Shown here in pieces: positions 1-9,304 of a stretch of 64,000 nucleotides of DNA. Source of the stretch: Ostreococcus lucimarinus (Eukaryota); assembly GCA_000092065.1 (NCBI GenBank), contig CP000584.1. One strand, written 5' to 3'. The translations under genes were made by a program, and so were the position numbers. Positions within the stretch are counted from its first letter, which is position 1. Each line of letters begins with the position of its first letter. The notes beneath the pieces are model-generated. The model searched no databases, was not told the origin of the DNA, and saw only the letters and a program-made list of their open reading frames with translations.

Positions 1-173
1 CGTCGTGTATCGCGCCATCGCTCGCGCCGTCCATCGTCACCGCGCGCCGTCGCGCGTCGCCCTCTGCGGCCCACTCGCGGACGCGTTTCGACGTCGAGTC
101 GAGTCGTCACGTCGTCACACGCGCGCGACGACGTCGGGCGCGCGTCGCGCCTCGATCGCGCGCGCGCGCGATA

Positions 174-1118
174 ATGGGCGCGTGCAAGCGCGCGCTCGCG
201 CGCGCGTGCGCCGACGCCGAGCGCGCGTGCGACGCTGCGCTGCGCTGCGCCGGACCGCCGTTGTTCGCGTTCGGCGTGGCGTTGGTGCTCGGCATCGCGC
301 GCGAGACCGTGGACGCGACCGCGCGCGAACTGCGCCGACGCGCGCGAGAACGACTGGCGAACGTCGTGGCGGCGTGCGCGACGGCGTGCGCGGTGAACGC
401 GCTGTTTAATCACGCGATGTGCGCGTGGACAAAGCCGGGGACGCCGAAGGATGAACGCGCGAGACGAGCGATGGAACGGCGAGCGAACGAGACGCGACGC
501 GAGGATGGCGGCGAAACGGGGAATGGATTGCGAGAAGCGATCGAACGCGGGAGATTTTGCGAGACGTGCGATACGGTGAAGCCGGATCTGTGTCATCATT
601 GCTCGGTGTGCAAGCGATGCGTGCTGAAGATGGACCATCACTGTCCGTGGGTGATGAACTGCGTGGGGGCGAGGAATTATAGGTACTTTTTTAACTTTAT
701 AGCCTACGCCTGGGTCGGGTGCGCGTTCGCCACGATCGGAGGGGCGTTCGTGCTGTTCGGGGCGAACGAGGTCGGGCCGACGGATGCGGAGACGCTGCGA
801 CGGGTGATTTTCGTCACCGTCATGGCGACGGCGGTGCTGTGCGCGCTGGGATTCATGGTGTATTGGCAAGCGTATCTCGCCCTCACGGGGCAGACGACGA
901 TCGATTATTATAATTGGATGGATTTGAAGCAGGCGATGAAGGCGCGCGGGCTGACGCCGCCGATGAGACCGCCGTTCGATCAGGGCGCGGCGAAGAACTG
1001 GCAAGAGGCGTTCGACGAGCGCGGCAAGTTTTGGTTCCTGACCTGGGCCGCGCCTCGATTTCGCGCGCACTCGGGGTCGGGGGTGTATTACGAAGCCTAC
1101 GGACCCCGTCAGCTTTAG
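174..1118 (+). CDS. DHHC-type zinc-finger protein S-acyl (palmitoyl) transferase
   Basis: ATG at 174. Contains the motif [45 protein letters not shown] (DHHC-CRD). Hydrophobic segments flank the motif. Confidence 0.85.
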   Translation: MGACKRALARACADAERACDAALRCAGPPLFAFGVALVLGIARETVDATARELRRRARERLANVVAACATACAVNALFNHAMCAWTKPGTPKDERARRAMERRANETRREDGGETGNGLREAIERGRFCETCDTVKPDLCHHCSVCKRCVLKMDHHCPWVMNCVGARNYRYFFNFIAYAWVGCAFATIGGAFVLFGANEVGPTDAETLRRVIFVTVMATAVLCALGFMVYWQAYLALTGQTTIDYYNWMDLKQAMKARGLTPPMRPPFDQGAAKNWQEAFDERGKFWFLTWAAPRFRAHSGSGVYYEAYGPRQL

Positions 1119-1186
1119 GTCATAGATAGTCTTGGTTGGTGTATAGTATAACGCAAGCGTGGCAAGGCAAATTTTTTACAAATCGT

Positions 1187-2164
1187 CTACTTTCGCGTCA
1201 GCGTGATGCCGATATTCTCACGCAGTTCCGCTTCGCTGACCTCGTCGTAGTCCGTGGCTTGAATTTCGACCGCAATCCCCGACAATCGCGACTTGAAGAA
1301 GTCTTTCGTCGAGGCGTACAGCATTTTATTCTTCAATCGCGCCGAATCGGGATTCCACACGACGAAGACGAGCTTACTGAACTCGCAGTCGTCCGCGTTC
1401 ACGTACTTATAATCGTAAATCGCGTATCGGCATTCACTCTCCGGTAATGCGGCGATAAAATCGTCGTAATCTCCCGAGACTTCGCCCGTGGCTGCCGTCA
1501 ACACCGAACCTTCGTTCTCCTCGACTCGAAACGTTGCCCATTGCAAACCGTTCGAGCGCATCTTTACTTTGTTAAACACCGACAAGCAATCTTCAGCCAC
1601 GGCGACGCCGCTCATGCTCTTCGCCTCCACCGCCGGCGCGCTCTTCGCCGTCGACGCAGCCGCAGGCGGCGCGGGCGGCGGCGCGGGCGGCGGCGCGGGC
1701 GGCGCCGCCGGAGCTCGAGGCGCGGGCGGCGCCGCCTTGACGCTCGCATCCTCGCCGCTCGCCGACGCGCGTTCCCCGTCCTGTACCTTTAAAGCTCGCT
1801 CCGCGTCCTCAATCTTCGTCATGAACGTCGGTTGCGCCGCCACGCTCGTCTTCACGTTGAACTTTTGCGTCGTCTCTCGCAACACCGTCGCGTCTTCAGC
1901 CGCGTCGAATCCCCGTTCCCCATCTCCGCGCAGTGCCTCGTCCAACAACTTTTGCACGTGCGCGGAAACATCCGCGGTACCGTTCTTGATCGCTTCCAGC
2001 ATCGCTCGTCGCACGCACTCCACGTCGTGCGCGCGCAGAACGCCAGATTGGTTCGCCTGGGCGATCCTGTGGGTGAACAGAAACCATCCTTTCGCGGCGT
2101 CGTAATCGCCCTGCGCGATCAAGCCGCGGTCGAGGGCGGCCTTGACTTGTTCCAACGAGTCCAT
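1187..2164 (-). CDS. ADF-H (cofilin/ADF-like actin-binding) domain protein with N-terminal extension and poly-Pro/Ala linker
   Basis: ATG confirmed at 2164 (cat on the + strand). The C-terminal ~140 aa (CRYAIYDYKY...KLVFVVWNPDSARLKNKMLYASTKDFFKSRL) matches the ADF-H fold. The middle contains a (PPAP)n linker. Confidence 0.7.
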   Translation of the reverse strand: MDSLEQVKAALDRGLIAQGDYDAAKGWFLFTHRIAQANQSGVLRAHDVECVRRAMLEAIKNGTADVSAHVQKLLDEALRGDGERGFDAAEDATVLRETTQKFNVKTSVAAQPTFMTKIEDAERALKVQDGERASASGEDASVKAAPPAPRAPAAPPAPPPAPPPAPPAAASTAKSAPAVEAKSMSGVAVAEDCLSVFNKVKMRSNGLQWATFRVEENEGSVLTAATGEVSGDYDDFIAALPESECRYAIYDYKYVNADDCEFSKLVFVVWNPDSARLKNKMLYASTKDFFKSRLSGIAVEIQATDYDEVSEAELRENIGITLTRK

Positions 2165-2335
2165 GTTCGCGTCTCGTTCGCGGTCGCGGCGCGCGGTCGC
2201 GAACGCGCGACGACGTGTGACGCGCGGATGCGACGTCGTTTGAAAAGACTGTTGGCGTCGGTTGCGCCGAGGACGCGACGCGAAGGACGCGAGCGACGCG
2301 AATCGTCATGATAAATACAACGAACGAATGCGAGA

Positions 2336-3253
2336 CTAATACTGCGCGATACCGACGGCGATGAAATCGGCACACGCGTCTTCTAAGTCGTCTAAGACGG
2401 CGCGCGCGTCGTCGCGCGCGCCGAAATAGCCGCGGAGGTGCGCGGCGAACTCTAAAGCGACGGATTCGCGCGTCTTCGCCGCTTCTTCGCGACGCTTCGC
2501 GGGCGTCGACGGTGCCGCGGGCGTCGTCGAACCCTCGCCCGTCGATGGCGACGCACTCGGTTGTGATTCTAGTTTCATCGCCTTGACGACCGCGGATAAT
2601 TCCTCGCCCCCCCGCGGCGGCGGCTTGGCGACGAAGTTGTGCAATCGCCGCGCGCACATCAATACGCACTCGTTTTCGTACGCCTCGACGAGTGCGCGCG
2701 GGTCCGCGATCGTGCCCACGGCCGCACATCCAGTGCAATCCTCTACTAGCGCTAACAGTGCCGTGGCGTCGATGCGCGTCGCGTCTTGTGCGATTAACTT
2801 ATCGAAATCGATCGACGCTCGCAGCGCCTCGTTCCCGGCGTCCTCGAGCGCGCGCCACTCCGTCACAAATTTCCGACTCAACTGCGCCTCTTCCGCCGTC
2901 AAGTGCGCGCTGAGCGCGCGCATATCTCTCAACAACCCCACTCTCAGCGCTTCGCACCCCTTGACGCATCGCAACACCGCCTCTTTCGCGTCCTCCGCGC
3001 CGTTTCGCTTCGCCGACCGCGCCGCGGCCAGCGCCTTCTCGAGCTGTAATCTCAGCGCCGCGCACTCGCGTTGAAACCTCGCCTGCGTCGACGCCAACCG
3101 CTCCACGGCGTCGCTGCGATCATCGAGCCACGTCTCGACGATCGCGCTCGTCTTATCCGCCACCGCGATCGCCCGCGCGACGAATTCCATTTGCAACGAC
3201 CCCGCGTGTCGTCGCATCGCTCGCGCGCATTCGCGCGCCGCGCGCTCCGTCAT
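2336..3253 (-). CDS. hypothetical helical/coiled-coil protein
   Basis: Continuous ORF with high GC3. The first ATG compatible with the neighbouring + strand ankyrin gene is at 3253. The upstream Arg/Pro/Thr-rich extension of the ORF (to 3739) is probably non-coding. No recognisable domain. Confidence 0.4.
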   Translation of the reverse strand: MTERAARECARAMRRHAGSLQMEFVARAIAVADKTSAIVETWLDDRSDAVERLASTQARFQRECAALRLQLEKALAAARSAKRNGAEDAKEAVLRCVKGCEALRVGLLRDMRALSAHLTAEEAQLSRKFVTEWRALEDAGNEALRASIDFDKLIAQDATRIDATALLALVEDCTGCAAVGTIADPRALVEAYENECVLMCARRLHNFVAKPPPRGGEELSAVVKAMKLESQPSASPSTGEGSTTPAAPSTPAKRREEAAKTRESVALEFAAHLRGYFGARDDARAVLDDLEDACADFIAVGIAQY

Positions 3254-3435
3254 CCACGTCTCTCGCGCGTCCGCGACGCCCGCGCGCGACGCCGAACGGC
3301 GCGCGCGACGACGGCTCCGACGCCGAACGGCGCTGGACGCTGTGGCTCCGCGACGCCGTGTCGAGCGACAACGCGGCGTCGATCGCGTACCTGAGCGCGC
3401 TGAAGACGGCGAACGGACGAGGCGCGGTGTCGTGC

Positions 3436-4134
3436 ATGCGCGCGGCGCGGACGCGCGCGACGTTTGAGGCGCTGTGCGAGTGCCTGGCGGCGTGCGCGAC
3501 GCGCGAGGATAGAGCGACGACGGATTTCGTGGACGAGTACACCGGGTACGACGTCGCGTGTTGGGCGGCGAAACGCGGCGCCGGGGACAGCATTCGCGCG
3601 CTGTGTCGAGGCGCGGCGTCGACGTCGGCGTCGGCGTCGACGTCGGCGTCGGCGGCGATGTGCGCCGTCGTCGGCGCCTCGCAAGCGCTCGCGCCGACGC
3701 AGCTGAGCAAGGCGAGTCTCGGGAACGGAAGTCGTTCACCGGACGACGCGGACGTGATCACGGAAACGCGCGCGCGATATGAGGACGCGTTGTCCGCGGC
3801 GCTATCGCTTCGTCCCGGCGAAATCGATGCGATCGACGCCGTCACGGGTTGGACGCCTCTGACGTTTGCGTCTCGCCGCGCGCCGACGCTCGGCACGACG
3901 TTTATGAGCATATTGCTCGAAGCCGGCGCCGACGTCAACGCGCCAGACGCGCGCGGAATGACGCCTCTCATGCACGCAGCGGCCGGCGATTCGCTCGACG
4001 CCGCGCGTCTGCTCCGCTCGGCGCGTCGAGCCGACGTCTCGCCTCGCGACCGCGACGGCTTCTCCGCCGCCATGCACGCCGCGTACCGCAATCCATCGAA
4101 CGTCGCGTTATTAGCCATTCTAGCCGATTCTTAG
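3436..4134 (+). CDS. ankyrin-repeat protein
   Basis: Two to three ANK repeats (GWTPLTFAS...LLEAGADVNAPDARGMTPLMHAAAGDSLDAARLL...DRDGFSAAMHAA). The track start at 3358 is GTG. The first in-frame ATG is at 3436. Confidence 0.6.
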   Translation: MRAARTRATFEALCECLAACATREDRATTDFVDEYTGYDVACWAAKRGAGDSIRALCRGAASTSASASTSASAAMCAVVGASQALAPTQLSKASLGNGSRSPDDADVITETRARYEDALSAALSLRPGEIDAIDAVTGWTPLTFASRRAPTLGTTFMSILLEAGADVNAPDARGMTPLMHAAAGDSLDAARLLRSARRADVSPRDRDGFSAAMHAAYRNPSNVALLAILADS

Positions 4135-4196
4135 TCCACGTAGTCCGCCGATTTTCGGGCGATTCGCTCGGTCGTCGAAGAGTCGGTCCGCCGCGC

Positions 4197-4240
4197 GCGT
4201 CCCGGGCGCGGGTCCCGGGCGCGTCCCGGGCGGGTCCCAG
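4197..4240. repeat. short tandem repeat (GGTCCCGGGCGC-like, about 3 units) in intergenic spacer
   Basis: The sequence cccgggcgcgggtcccgggcgcgtcccgggcgggtcccagg is seen directly. Confidence 0.5.
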
Positions 4241-4336
4241 GCGTCGTCATCGTCCGATCGCCTCACACCGCGTCGCGTCGACGCGCTCGACGACGCGCGC
4301 TCGATCGTTGAACGCGGTCGACGTCACCGCGATTCG

Positions 4337-5245
4337 ATGGCCGCGAGCGCGTCCCGCGCGCTTCGCGCGGCGCCGCGCGCGCCGCGCGCGTCCCGCGCCC
4401 GCCGTAACCCTGAACGCGGCGCCGCGTCTCGCGCCGTGGCGACGCGCGCGAGCGTGTCCGAGGCGTTCAAGGCGGTGCTGGACGATGGCAAGCGAGCGTT
4501 CATTCCGTTCATCTGCGCGGGCGATCCCGATCTGGAGAGCACGAAGAAGGCGCTGAAGATTTTGGACGACGCGGGCGCGGATGTCATCGAGCTCGGCGTG
4601 CCGTACAGCGACCCGTTGGCGGACGGACCGGTGATTCAGGCGGCGGCGACGCGGGCGTTGGAGAACGGGGCGACGTTGAATAAGGTGATCGATTTAGTGC
4701 GAGAGATGACGCCGCAGATTAAGGCGCCGATCGTGATGTTTACGTATTACAATCCGATTTATCAACGCGGAGTGGATAAATTTTGCGCCGACATCGCCGC
4801 GGCTGGGGCGAAGGGATTGCTCGTGCCGGATATTCCGTTGGAGGAGACGTACGATGTGAGCGAGATCGCGAGTAAGCACGGCATAGAGCTCGTTCTGCTT
4901 TCCACGCCCACGACGCCGGTGGAACGGGCGAAGAAGATTGCGCAGGCGACGAAGGGGTTCGTCTACCTCGTCTCCGTCACGGGCGTCACCGGCGTGCAAT
5001 CGAACGTGGCGACGCGCGTGGAGCAATTGGTGGAGGAGTTGAGAAGCGTGACGGATAAGCCCATCGCGGTCGGGTTCGGGGTGAGCGAGGCAAAGCACGC
5101 GAAGCAAATCGTGGATTGGGGCGCCGACGGCGTCATCGTCGGTTCCGCGCTCGTGCGCGCGCTCGGCGAAGCCAAGACGCCCGAGGAAGGTCTCGCCGCG
5201 CTCAAGGCCAAGGCTGAGGAAATCCGCGGTGGCGCCACGCTCTGA
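4337..5245 (+). CDS. trpA: tryptophan synthase alpha chain, plastid-targeted
   Basis: ATG at 4337. An Arg/Ala-rich presequence precedes a canonical TrpA core (FIPFICAGDPDLEST...IELGVPYSDPLADGPVIQ...GFGVS...VIVGSALV). Confidence 0.9.
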   Translation: MAASASRALRAAPRAPRASRARRNPERGAASRAVATRASVSEAFKAVLDDGKRAFIPFICAGDPDLESTKKALKILDDAGADVIELGVPYSDPLADGPVIQAAATRALENGATLNKVIDLVREMTPQIKAPIVMFTYYNPIYQRGVDKFCADIAAAGAKGLLVPDIPLEETYDVSEIASKHGIELVLLSTPTTPVERAKKIAQATKGFVYLVSVTGVTGVQSNVATRVEQLVEELRSVTDKPIAVGFGVSEAKHAKQIVDWGADGVIVGSALVRALGEAKTPEEGLAALKAKAEEIRGGATL

Positions 5246-5386
5246 GAAAGCGTCTTCACGCGGCGCGAGAGCGACGAACGACCTAGGTAGCGGTGGACAT
5301 TTTAATCTATTAACAACGCTCGAGCGCGCCCGCGAAGCGACCCCGCGAAGCGCGTTCAAAGCTCCGAGCCTCAGACGCGCGTCCGA

Positions 5387-5788
5387 CTAAGAAATCTTCT
5401 CCAGATACGCCGCAATCTTTCTGTCGTTCTCCGACAGCGCGCTCGGATCTCGCAACGCCTTGTCCCCGCTCTCCCACCGCAGGTAATCACCAAAATTTTT
5501 CTTGTAGTAGTCGTCCAACCGCTCTTGCTTTCGTTCCTCGCGCTTCTCCTCGCTCCGCGCCCGCAGGCGCTCGACGAACTCGGAGTTGGTCTCATTCGCC
5601 TCGAGCGCCACGCTCGCGGGCGCGGTCGAGGTGAGCGCGACGACGGTCGCCGCGAGCGCGCCGATCGCGACCCGCGCGGGGTGTCGTCGCTCGCGCGACT
5701 CGGCGCTGGACGCCGCGCGACGCCGCGCGGACGCCGACGTCGCGGGATCGACGCGCGCGGCGCGCGGCGCGCGAACGAGCGCGGGCAT
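5387..5788 (-). CDS. small hypothetical protein with bipartite (RR + hydrophobic + AxA) presequence, possibly thylakoid-lumenal
   Basis: The ORF runs 5387..5872, but the track start is GTG. The first ATG is at 5788. The presequence carries ...RERRHPARVAIGALAATVVALTSTAPASVA/LEA followed by a charged ~70 aa mature part. No family assigned. Confidence 0.35.
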   Translation of the reverse strand: MPALVRAPRAARVDPATSASARRRAASSAESRERRHPARVAIGALAATVVALTSTAPASVALEANETNSEFVERLRARSEEKREERKQERLDDYYKKNFGDYLRWESGDKALRDPSALSENDRKIAAYLEKIS

Positions 5789-5997
5789 CGGCGCGCGAAT
5801 TCGGGCGCTCGAGAATTTCGCGACGGCGCGTGACGCGTTCGAGCGCGGCGCGCGCGCGTCGCGCGACGCCACCAGGGTTTAAAGCGTCTCCGTTCGTCTA
5901 GCCTCGGGGGTTAAAAATTGCAACACCGACGACGAGGCGCGCCTCGTCGTCGTTTCGTTTCGCGTAATCTTCGTCGTCATCGTCGCCCTCGTCGTCG

Positions 5998-6587
5998 TCT
6001 ACGCGCCCATGTTCAGCGACATCAACTCGGCGAGCGTCTTCGTCTCGCGCAGGCGCGTGAGCTCGCCGCGGTGCGCTCGCTCCGTCTTACGAATCGACAC
6101 CGCGCCCCAGAGAAACGACGCGATCTGCGCGCGTTTCGACGCATCGTTCACCGTCAGTCGTCGCGAATGATTCGCCCGATTCGCCCGATTCGCCCCTCGT
6201 CGTCTCCCGTCGCCCCTCGCGTCGTCTCTTCGTAAACCTCGCTCGATCTCGCGCGCGGGGTCGCGTTCGCGTTCGCGTCACGATTCGCCCCGCCCGTCGC
6301 TTTCGTCGTCGCATCGCGCGAATCGCCATTCGTCCTCCCCTTCGCGCGTCTTTCGCGGTCGCGTTTCGATTCGCCCTCGACGCGTCGTTCGTTCGCCTCG
6401 CCCCACGCACCAGACACAGCAAAAACACCGTCGGCCCGTACCCCCACTTGCTCTCTCCCGGCGGCGGGTCCACGGCGTACACGACGCCGTCGATGATGAA
6501 CATCATCAGCGCCCACGCCGTCATGAACCACACGTTCGCGTTGCGTCCGATGAACGTGCTCTTCTCGAGCTCTTCCTTCGTCACCAT
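5998..6587 (-). CDS. small two-TM membrane protein (about 100 aa), two exons: 6411..6587 and 5998..6123
   Basis: ATG at 6587 (MVTKEELEKSTFIGRNANVWFMTAWALMMFIIDGVVYAVDPPPGESKWGYGPTVFLLCL). A GTGCGT donor follows immediately after the Leu codon at 6411. A GACTGACGG branch motif lies 28 nt before a CGCGCAG acceptor at 6124. Exon 2 continues in phase 0 as IASFLWGAVSIRKTERAHRGELTRLRETKTLAELMSLNMGA, with the stop at 5998. Without splicing the ORF runs into a 100-aa Arg-rich tail. Confidence 0.45.
6124..6410 (-). other. spliceosomal intron (287 nt) of the stereotyped GTGCGT...GACTGAC...CGCAG class; contains a 9-bp tandem repeat (CGATTCGCC x3)
   Basis: Donor, branch and acceptor motifs match the other introns found in this window. 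The intron carries a tandem repeat on the + strand at about 6170-6200. Confidence 0.45.
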
Positions 6588-6720
6588 GACGTGCGATGTC
6601 GTCGGCGCGCAGTGCCGGGTCGACGGCGGTCGACCTTTCGCGGCGGTCGGGGGTGAGGTGCGCGATCCGGGACGGGGATTTTTATGAAAACGACAGCCCG
6701 ATCGGTGTTTTGAGAACACC

Positions 6721-6810
6721 GTCGATCGCGACGCCGTCGATCGCGCGACGCCGTCGATCGCGATCGCGTCGATCGAGATCGCGCGATCGCGATCGATCGC
6801 GCGTCGACGC
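6721..6810. repeat. imperfect tandem repeat (CGCGACGCCGTCGAT-like units) in bidirectional promoter
   Basis: Direct repeats of gtcgatcgcgacgcc units are seen between the divergent genes at 6587(-) and 6913(+). Confidence 0.5.
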
Positions 6811-6912
6811 CGGCGTCGACGTCCATCCACGCGGCCGCCCATCCATTCGTCGGCGCGACGATTCGACGAGCGCGCGTCGCACACGTCGACGACGACGTCG
6901 ACGACGACGGCG

Positions 6913-8394
6913 ATGCCGACGGCGACGACGACGACGGCGTCGGCGACGGACGGGACGGCGGCGAAACGACGCGAGGGGGCGAAGACGACGAAGAAGACGA
7001 CGGGGAAGGCGACGACGACGGGGCAGGCGACGACGGCGCGTCGCGACGACGACGCGACGACGACGGCGACGACGACGACGGCGACGGCGACGGCGACGAC
7101 GACGAAGAAGAAGACGCGAAACGGCGCGAAGAGGGACGGTGGCGTCGGTGGGGACGCGGTGAAGACGGATTGGGCGAACGACGCGATGGGCGACGATCCG
7201 CGCGTCGAGGCGAAGGCGAAGGCGAACGCGCCGGCGAAGAACGGGAAGAAGACGCGCGGGAAGACGACGGCGACGGCGGCGACGACGACGCCGAAGAAGA
7301 AGGAGGCGAACGGGACGACGACGACGACGACGACGACGGGGATGGTGAAGAAGGCGCGAACGCCGCGAGCGGAGCGAGGGGCGCCTCGCGCGGCGGCGCC
7401 GGCGGCGAAATCGGCGACGCCGACGCGCGCGCCCGCGGTGGGACCGCCGATGACGATCACGCGGGGGGAGAGCGTGCAGAAGTGGTCGAACTCGACCACG
7501 CGCGCGGCTTTGCGCGTGGAGGCGTCGATTCGGGATTGGATTCGCGCCGACGGCGGGCGCGAGCTCGCGCGCGAGCTGCAAGAGGCGCTCTCCTGCGGCG
7601 ACGGTCACGTGACGATGCAGGTGTGCGAAGAAAGCGGGTCAGGCGCGCTTTTCGTGGGCTTACACTGCGGCGAAGCAAAGTTTGCGCACGCCCTGCAACG
7701 CGTGCACGCTCTGGTGGAAGTGAAGCTCGACGACTGCGTGCGCATTCGTCGACGCACGGGCGTGGCGGATATGCTGGAAAACGAACGAATGAAAATCCAG
7801 GCGGAAATCGACGCCGGACTTCGTTGCGAATTCACGCTCGGGTACAAGGCGATGCAAGACTTGCTGCTCGACGGCGGCGATAAGCTGAATCAAGTCAAGG
7901 AGGTGTGCGACGTCGAGCGCGTCGTCGTCGATCCTCGAAAGCGCACGATTCGCATCGTCGGCGCGGACGCCGCCGAAGTGTCTCGAGCGAGAGACATGCT
8001 CGAAGTCGCGTACGAAAGCATCGAAGACGTGCCAGAGTTGGCGTTGCGCATGATCATCGGTAAAGGTGGCGCCAAAGTGAACGACATTCAGCAGCGTACC
8101 GGAGCAAACATCAAGGTGGACTGGGACAAAAGCGCCGTCTTCATTCGCGGACCGCCGTCGGCGGTCAAGTCGGCGATGATTCTCGTCAAGTCGTGCATCA
8201 AGACGTACGAAGTGGAACATGTCGAAGTGACGTACGACCAACTCGACGAAGTTCGCGGCGAGCTCGCGCGTTTGGACATGGAATGGGGCGGAAGCCCGGT
8301 GCACTACGTCCAAGGCGGTCGCGGCGGCGGTCGCGGCGGCGGTCGCGGCGGCGGTCGCGGTCGTCGAAACGATCGTTCCTCCACGGCGGCGTAA
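6913..8394 (+). CDS. KH-domain RNA-binding protein with C-terminal RGG box and Thr/Lys-rich low-complexity N-terminus
   Basis: ATG at 6913. KH core IIGKGGAKVNDIQQRTGANIKV. C-terminal GGRGGGRGGGRGGGRGRR. The N-terminal ~170 aa are encoded by GAC/GGC/AAG-rich repeats, so the true start is uncertain. Confidence 0.65.
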   Translation: MPTATTTTASATDGTAAKRREGAKTTKKTTGKATTTGQATTARRDDDATTTATTTTATATATTTKKKTRNGAKRDGGVGGDAVKTDWANDAMGDDPRVEAKAKANAPAKNGKKTRGKTTATAATTTPKKKEANGTTTTTTTTGMVKKARTPRAERGAPRAAAPAAKSATPTRAPAVGPPMTITRGESVQKWSNSTTRAALRVEASIRDWIRADGGRELARELQEALSCGDGHVTMQVCEESGSGALFVGLHCGEAKFAHALQRVHALVEVKLDDCVRIRRRTGVADMLENERMKIQAEIDAGLRCEFTLGYKAMQDLLLDGGDKLNQVKEVCDVERVVVDPRKRTIRIVGADAAEVSRARDMLEVAYESIEDVPELALRMIIGKGGAKVNDIQQRTGANIKVDWDKSAVFIRGPPSAVKSAMILVKSCIKTYEVEHVEVTYDQLDEVRGELARLDMEWGGSPVHYVQGGRGGGRGGGRGGGRGRRNDRSSTAA

Positions 8395-8477
8395 CAAATA
8401 TCATTGTGTTACCCTAAACCCTAAATATCCGGTTATTGTGTAATCTATGCCTTATTAATGCCCGCTAAAGTCTAAAT

Positions 8478-9170
8478 CTAAGCCAGAATCGTCGCCCCGA
8501 CACCCTTGCGAAGCCGCAAAGCCGCGCGCCTCTTGCGCTTATAGTCTTCCCGCCACGCGTCTCTCTCTTCGTGCCATCGCTCCAACATCTCCTTTTCCTC
8601 GGGCGCCTTCCACGCGCGCGCGATGGCATCGATACCTGAACTTTCATCGATCCCCAAAACCGCCGCCGCGCTCACCTTTTCGCGCACATCGCGAACGACT
8701 TTCCGACGTTTTTTCCGTCTCGCCGGCGCTTCGTTCGCGGCGTCGCGCTTCGTGACCCCATCTCGGTCCCGCGCGCCATCGCCGCGCCGCGCGGTCTCGT
8801 CTCCCTCCCTCATCATCGTCGTCGTCGTCGTCGTCATCCGTGCGCCATCTTCTCCCTTCCGCGCATCCGAACCGCCGAACAACGACCACGTCGCCGTCTC
8901 CGGCTCGAACCCGCGCGCGAAGTCAAACCCGTCCGCCGTCGTCACGTGTTTGTCGCTTCGCGCGTACGACGCGCGAATCGCGTCGACGTCCACATCGCTC
9001 GCGGCGTCATCGCTCGCGTCCGCGTCGCCGTCCGCGTCTCGATCGCGCGTCCGAACGAGCGCCTTCACGTCGCCGCCGCCGACGAAGTGTTTTCCAATGT
9101 CCACCGCGCGCAGCGGTTTGCTCGTCCTCGCGGGCGCCTTGGACGCGCGCGCGGATTTCGGGGCGCGCAT
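8478..9170 (-). CDS. hypothetical basic/acidic protein (possibly nucleolar)
   Basis: ATG at 9170 and a continuous ORF. A KKRRK basic patch and an acidic D/A-rich tract are present. The C-terminal segment KAPEEKEMLERWHEERDAWREDYKRKRRAALR is helical. No family recognised. Confidence 0.4.
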   Translation of the reverse strand: MRAPKSARASKAPARTSKPLRAVDIGKHFVGGGDVKALVRTRDRDADGDADASDDAASDVDVDAIRASYARSDKHVTTADGFDFARGFEPETATWSLFGGSDARKGEDGARMTTTTTTMMREGDETARRGDGARDRDGVTKRDAANEAPARRKKRRKVVRDVREKVSAAAVLGIDESSGIDAIARAWKAPEEKEMLERWHEERDAWREDYKRKRRAALRLRKGVGATILA

Positions 9171-9304
9171 GACGCGCGCGCGTCGCTCGCGCGCGCGCGC
9201 CGGTCGCCGTCGCGTCGCGTCGCGTCGCTTCGCGTCGCGCGGTTCGGAGTGACGCGGTCGGGCCGCGACGGCGTCACTCGGCGACGCGCGAGCGACGCGC
9301 GAAA

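Noticed and set aside
1896-4118. Long antisense ORFs 1896..2738(-), 3153..4118(-), 3250..3684(-)
   Set aside because: They overlap well-supported sense genes (ADF-H, the hypothetical gene and the ankyrin gene). They are Arg-rich with no domains.
6682-7608. 308-aa Arg-rich minus ORF and overlapping 6087..7499 ORF tail
   Set aside because: They are encoded by (GAC/GGC)n repeats antisense to the KH gene N-terminus and promoter. The Arg-rich tail of 6087..7499 is better explained as an intron (see finding).
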